From: a virus
Lineage: Duplodnaviria > Heunggongvirae > Uroviricota > Caudoviricetes
Length of the DNA stretch: 39,898 bases
Virus record (IMG/VR): IMGVR_UViG_2698536471_000018
Span: 1-39,898 of that record
Direction: 5' to 3' (one strand)
The translations under genes and the position numbers were made by a program. Each line of letters opens with the position of its first letter. The stretch's first letter is position 1. The notes beneath the pieces are model-generated. The model worked only from the letters and a program-made list of their open reading frames with translations, was not told the DNA's origin and did no database searches. This document shows positions 37,696 through 39,898 of this stretch, piece after piece.

Positions 37696-37860
37696 ATGCA
37701 ATATGCCATTGCAGGGTGGCCTGTTGCTGGCTGCCCTTCCGAATCTTTACTTGAACGAATCACCCGTAAATTACGTGACGGATGGAAACGCCTTATCGAC
37801 ATACTTAATCAGCCAGGAGTCCCAAAGAATGGATCAAACACTTATGGCTATCCAGACTAA
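37696..37860 (+). CDS. cIII: CIII (FtsH inhibitor)
   Basis: MQYAIAGWPVAGCPSESLLERITRKLRDGWKRLIDILNQPGVPKNGSNTYGYPD, essentially lambda CIII; AAGGAG RBS. Confidence 0.9.
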   Translation: MQYAIAGWPVAGCPSESLLERITRKLRDGWKRLIDILNQPGVPKNGSNTYGYPD

Positions 37861-37942
37861 ATTCACTATCGCCACTTTTATTGGCGATGAAAAGATGTTT
37901 CGTGAGGCCGTCGAAGCCTACAGAAAATGGAGGTCAAAATGA
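37829..37942 (+). CDS. kil: Kil-like small protein
   Basis: MDQTLMAIQTKFTIATFIGDEKMFREAVEAYRKWRSK resembles lambda Kil N-terminal region; overlaps cIII 3' end. Confidence 0.6.
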   Translation: MDQTLMAIQTKFTIATFIGDEKMFREAVEAYRKWRSK

Positions 37943-38127
37943 TCCCGGTAGAGCTGGCGAAAACTCCAGAGTTAAGTCGATTAAAAAGAGAGTATCACAT
38001 TGCTGAGGCTCGTTACTGGCGTAAAGCGGGAGATAAATCAAAGAAACAACTTTGTTTATGGCAAGCACAAAGAGAGCGCATGAATGAGCGCGAACTTCTT
38101 TCCTCCCCATCCGAATTACCATTCTGA
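37939..38127 (+). CDS. Hypothetical small basic protein
   Basis: 62 aa from MIPVELAKTPELSRLKREYHIAEARYWRKAG...; GGAGG upstream. Confidence 0.4.
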   Translation: MIPVELAKTPELSRLKREYHIAEARYWRKAGDKSKKQLCLWQAQRERMNERELLSSPSELPF

Positions 38128-38135
38128 GGCAAATT

Positions 38136-38816
38136 ATGGGAACTGCGACATTAATACTCGGTGAGTCTGGCACCGGAAAATCAACCAGCATGAGAAATAT
38201 CAATCCAGAGGAAGCAATACTTATAAAACCAATAGGCAAGCCGCTACCATTTAAATCAAAAGACTGGCTTGCATGGGATGCCAGAGCAAAAAAAGGAACC
38301 GTAGTTACCACTGACAAATGGGGCGTAATAGTTGCCGTAATTAAGCGTGCTCACGAATACGGGAAAAGAATCGTTATTGTTGATGACTTCCAGTATGTGA
38401 TGAGCAATGAGTTTATGCGCCGCTCAGAAGAAAAATCGTTTGATAAATTTACTGAGATAGGCCGCCACGCATGGGAGGTCATTAAGGCTGCACAGGATGC
38501 GCCTGATGACCTGAGAGTCTATTTTCTTGCGCACACCGAAGAAACCCCTATGGGGCGCGTGAAAATGAAGACTATCGGCAAAATGCTGGACGAGAAAATC
38601 ACTGTCGAAGGCATGTTTACTATAGTTCTTCGCACTCTTACCCGCGATGACCAGTTCTTTTTCACCACGAAAAACAACGGTGCAGACACTGTTAAATCCC
38701 CAATGGGAATGTTTGATTCCAATGAGATTGATAACGATCTCTCTTTCGTCGATGCCACTGTTTGTGATTACTACGGCATCAATAATGTTCATCAAATTAA
38801 GGAAAACGCCGCATGA
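38136..38816 (+). CDS. P-loop AAA ATPase (Sak4-like RecA-fold recombination ATPase candidate)
   Basis: Walker A GESGTGKST near N-terminus, Walker B-like IVIVDDF; occupies the gam/bet/exo position. Confidence 0.55.
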   Translation: MGTATLILGESGTGKSTSMRNINPEEAILIKPIGKPLPFKSKDWLAWDARAKKGTVVTTDKWGVIVAVIKRAHEYGKRIVIVDDFQYVMSNEFMRRSEEKSFDKFTEIGRHAWEVIKAAQDAPDDLRVYFLAHTEETPMGRVKMKTIGKMLDEKITVEGMFTIVLRTLTRDDQFFFTTKNNGADTVKSPMGMFDSNEIDNDLSFVDATVCDYYGINNVHQIKENAA

Positions 38817-39400
38817 GCAACGTGATTTTTACTTATAACGAAGAAGCAGCACTAACAGCAGGGCAAGGTGGTTTTATTAACGAAACTGGCGCTCATATCA
38901 TTACCATTACTGAAGCAGAACTAAAGCAATCAGAAAAAGGAGCCAAATTTATTGAGTTTTCTGGCGAATCTGACGACGGACGTAAAATCCAATATCTTAG
39001 CGTCTGTGTTCAGAAAAATGACGGAACGGAAAACAAATTTGGCGCAAATGTCGTTCACGCCATGATGGGGTGTGCCGGGATTGGACAATTAACGCAGCAT
39101 ATGGTTTCCGCCAGTAAATTTGTTGCACCTGAATTTCATGGAAAGAAAATCGGGTTAGTGCTCCAGAAAGTATTAACCACAAACAAAAAGACTGGCGCAG
39201 ACAGCTACCAGATGGAAATACGCATCCCGTTTATTGCACAAACAGGTCAAACCCTTAAAGAAAAGGCAGAAGGCAAGCAACCAGAAACTATCGCCAACAT
39301 GGTTGCCAGCCTCAAAGATAAAGACAATCGCTCTAAAAACGTAAGCCATAATCATGCAGATGATTATGGTTACAGCCAGAACGATTACCCTCCTTTCTGA
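38813..39400 (+). CDS. Hypothetical protein coupled to the ATPase (possible ssDNA-binding partner)
   Basis: 195 aa, start overlaps ATPase stop. Confidence 0.4.
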   Translation: MSNVIFTYNEEAALTAGQGGFINETGAHIITITEAELKQSEKGAKFIEFSGESDDGRKIQYLSVCVQKNDGTENKFGANVVHAMMGCAGIGQLTQHMVSASKFVAPEFHGKKIGLVLQKVLTTNKKTGADSYQMEIRIPFIAQTGQTLKEKAEGKQPETIANMVASLKDKDNRSKNVSHNHADDYGYSQNDYPPF

Positions 39401-39423
39401 TTACTGAAAATAAGGCTCCCATT

Positions 39424-39720
39424 ATGCCAGCGCCTCTGTATGGTGCGGATGACCCGCGCAACTGCTCCGGTAGCTCCAAGGCGGAGGTGCTGGGAAATAT
39501 CAAAAACAATTTCGACGCGTTTCTTGCTCTGACACCAGAAACAAAAGCAGAACGGATGTACCGACGCGATATACAACTCGCGCTAAAACAGGAGAAGGAC
39601 CGAACAAACGAAACAGCAATGAGACCGTTGCGAAAAGCGACAATAGACAAATTCCCTGAATATATCGACCCGCGCCTGCGTAATTACCGCTCACGCTATG
39701 GCGCTATCAGTAATAACTGA
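39424..39720 (+). CDS. Hypothetical protein
   Basis: 98-aa ORF in early-left operon; weak RBS. Confidence 0.35.
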   Translation: MPAPLYGADDPRNCSGSSKAEVLGNIKNNFDAFLALTPETKAERMYRRDIQLALKQEKDRTNETAMRPLRKATIDKFPEYIDPRLRNYRSRYGAISNN

Positions 39721-39730
39721 GGAATTTACC

Positions 39731-39898
39731 ATGAGAGGACTTGCATACAATCCCGGCATTCTTCCGGCAGAAATGATTATTCGCCAACGCGTAAAGCCAA
39801 TGCCATCGAGAGAGGAGTTGCTTAAGAGAAATTCTTTTCCATCAGTAAATCAAAACAAATATCTGAATGCGATGTGGCGTAAAGGAGGCAACCAGTGA
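39731..39898 (+). CDS. Hypothetical small protein
   Basis: 55 aa from [15 protein letters not shown]...; AGGA RBS; stop at window end. Confidence 0.35.
   Translation: MRGLAYNPGILPAEMIIRQRVKPMPSREELLKRNSFPSVNQNKYLNAMWRKGGNQ

Larger units (their letters stand above)
1..39898. mobile_element. Lambdoid prophage (mosaic: lambda-like regulation/nin genes, phage-21-like lysis, Mu/SfV-like myovirus tail); left end at integrase, right end beyond window
   Basis: Contiguous phage modules in canonical order: int, cargo, tail, head, terminase, lysis, Q, nin, replication, cro/cI, N, cIII/kil, recombination. Nearly every large ORF is phage-like. Confidence 0.9.

Overview
The whole window is one lambdoid prophage, mosaic in composition, and it continues past the right edge. 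No homology search was possible; calls rest on reading the ORF translations, recognising protein families from memory, and motifs read directly in the DNA. Layout, left to right: a P4/IntS-type tyrosine integrase (1-1158, +) at the left boundary; a small cargo slot holding a LexA-box-controlled UmuD'-like gene and an AT-rich acyltransferase; then on the minus strand a complete late operon running from about 35100 down to about 3090. That operon is: lambda-type immunity/replication/nin genes (cro-like, cII, oop terminator, O-like initiator with internal ori iterons, DnaB-like helicase, ninB/Dam methylase/ninE/ninX/ninF/ninG/ninH/phosphatase), Q with PR'-tR', an HNH-AP2 homing endonuclease, two tRNAs (Thr-UGU, Asn-GUU), a phage-21-style lysis cassette (dual-start pinholin, SAR endolysin, Rz with embedded Rz1), terminase, head genes, and a Mu/SfV-like contractile tail and baseplate ending in a tail fiber. 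On the plus strand: a cI-type repressor with a downstream moron, then the PL operon (nutL, N, unknown 156-aa gene, cIII, kil, AAA ATPase plus partner). Observations most worth follow-up: (1) an orphan gene encoding a pre-cleaved UmuD' lacking the catalytic Ser, directly behind a near-consensus SOS box; (2) a promoter-gene-terminator moron island inserted inside the conserved baseplate module (membrane protein, secreted protein, 16-bp perfect palindrome); (3) a small membrane/coiled-coil gene in the rexAB position downstream of cI; (4) an unannotated zinc-ribbon micro-ORF coupled to the last tail gene; (5) a cargo cluster between lysis and packaging genes. I could not assign a known defence or other system to any of these from sequence alone; they are candidates, not demonstrations.
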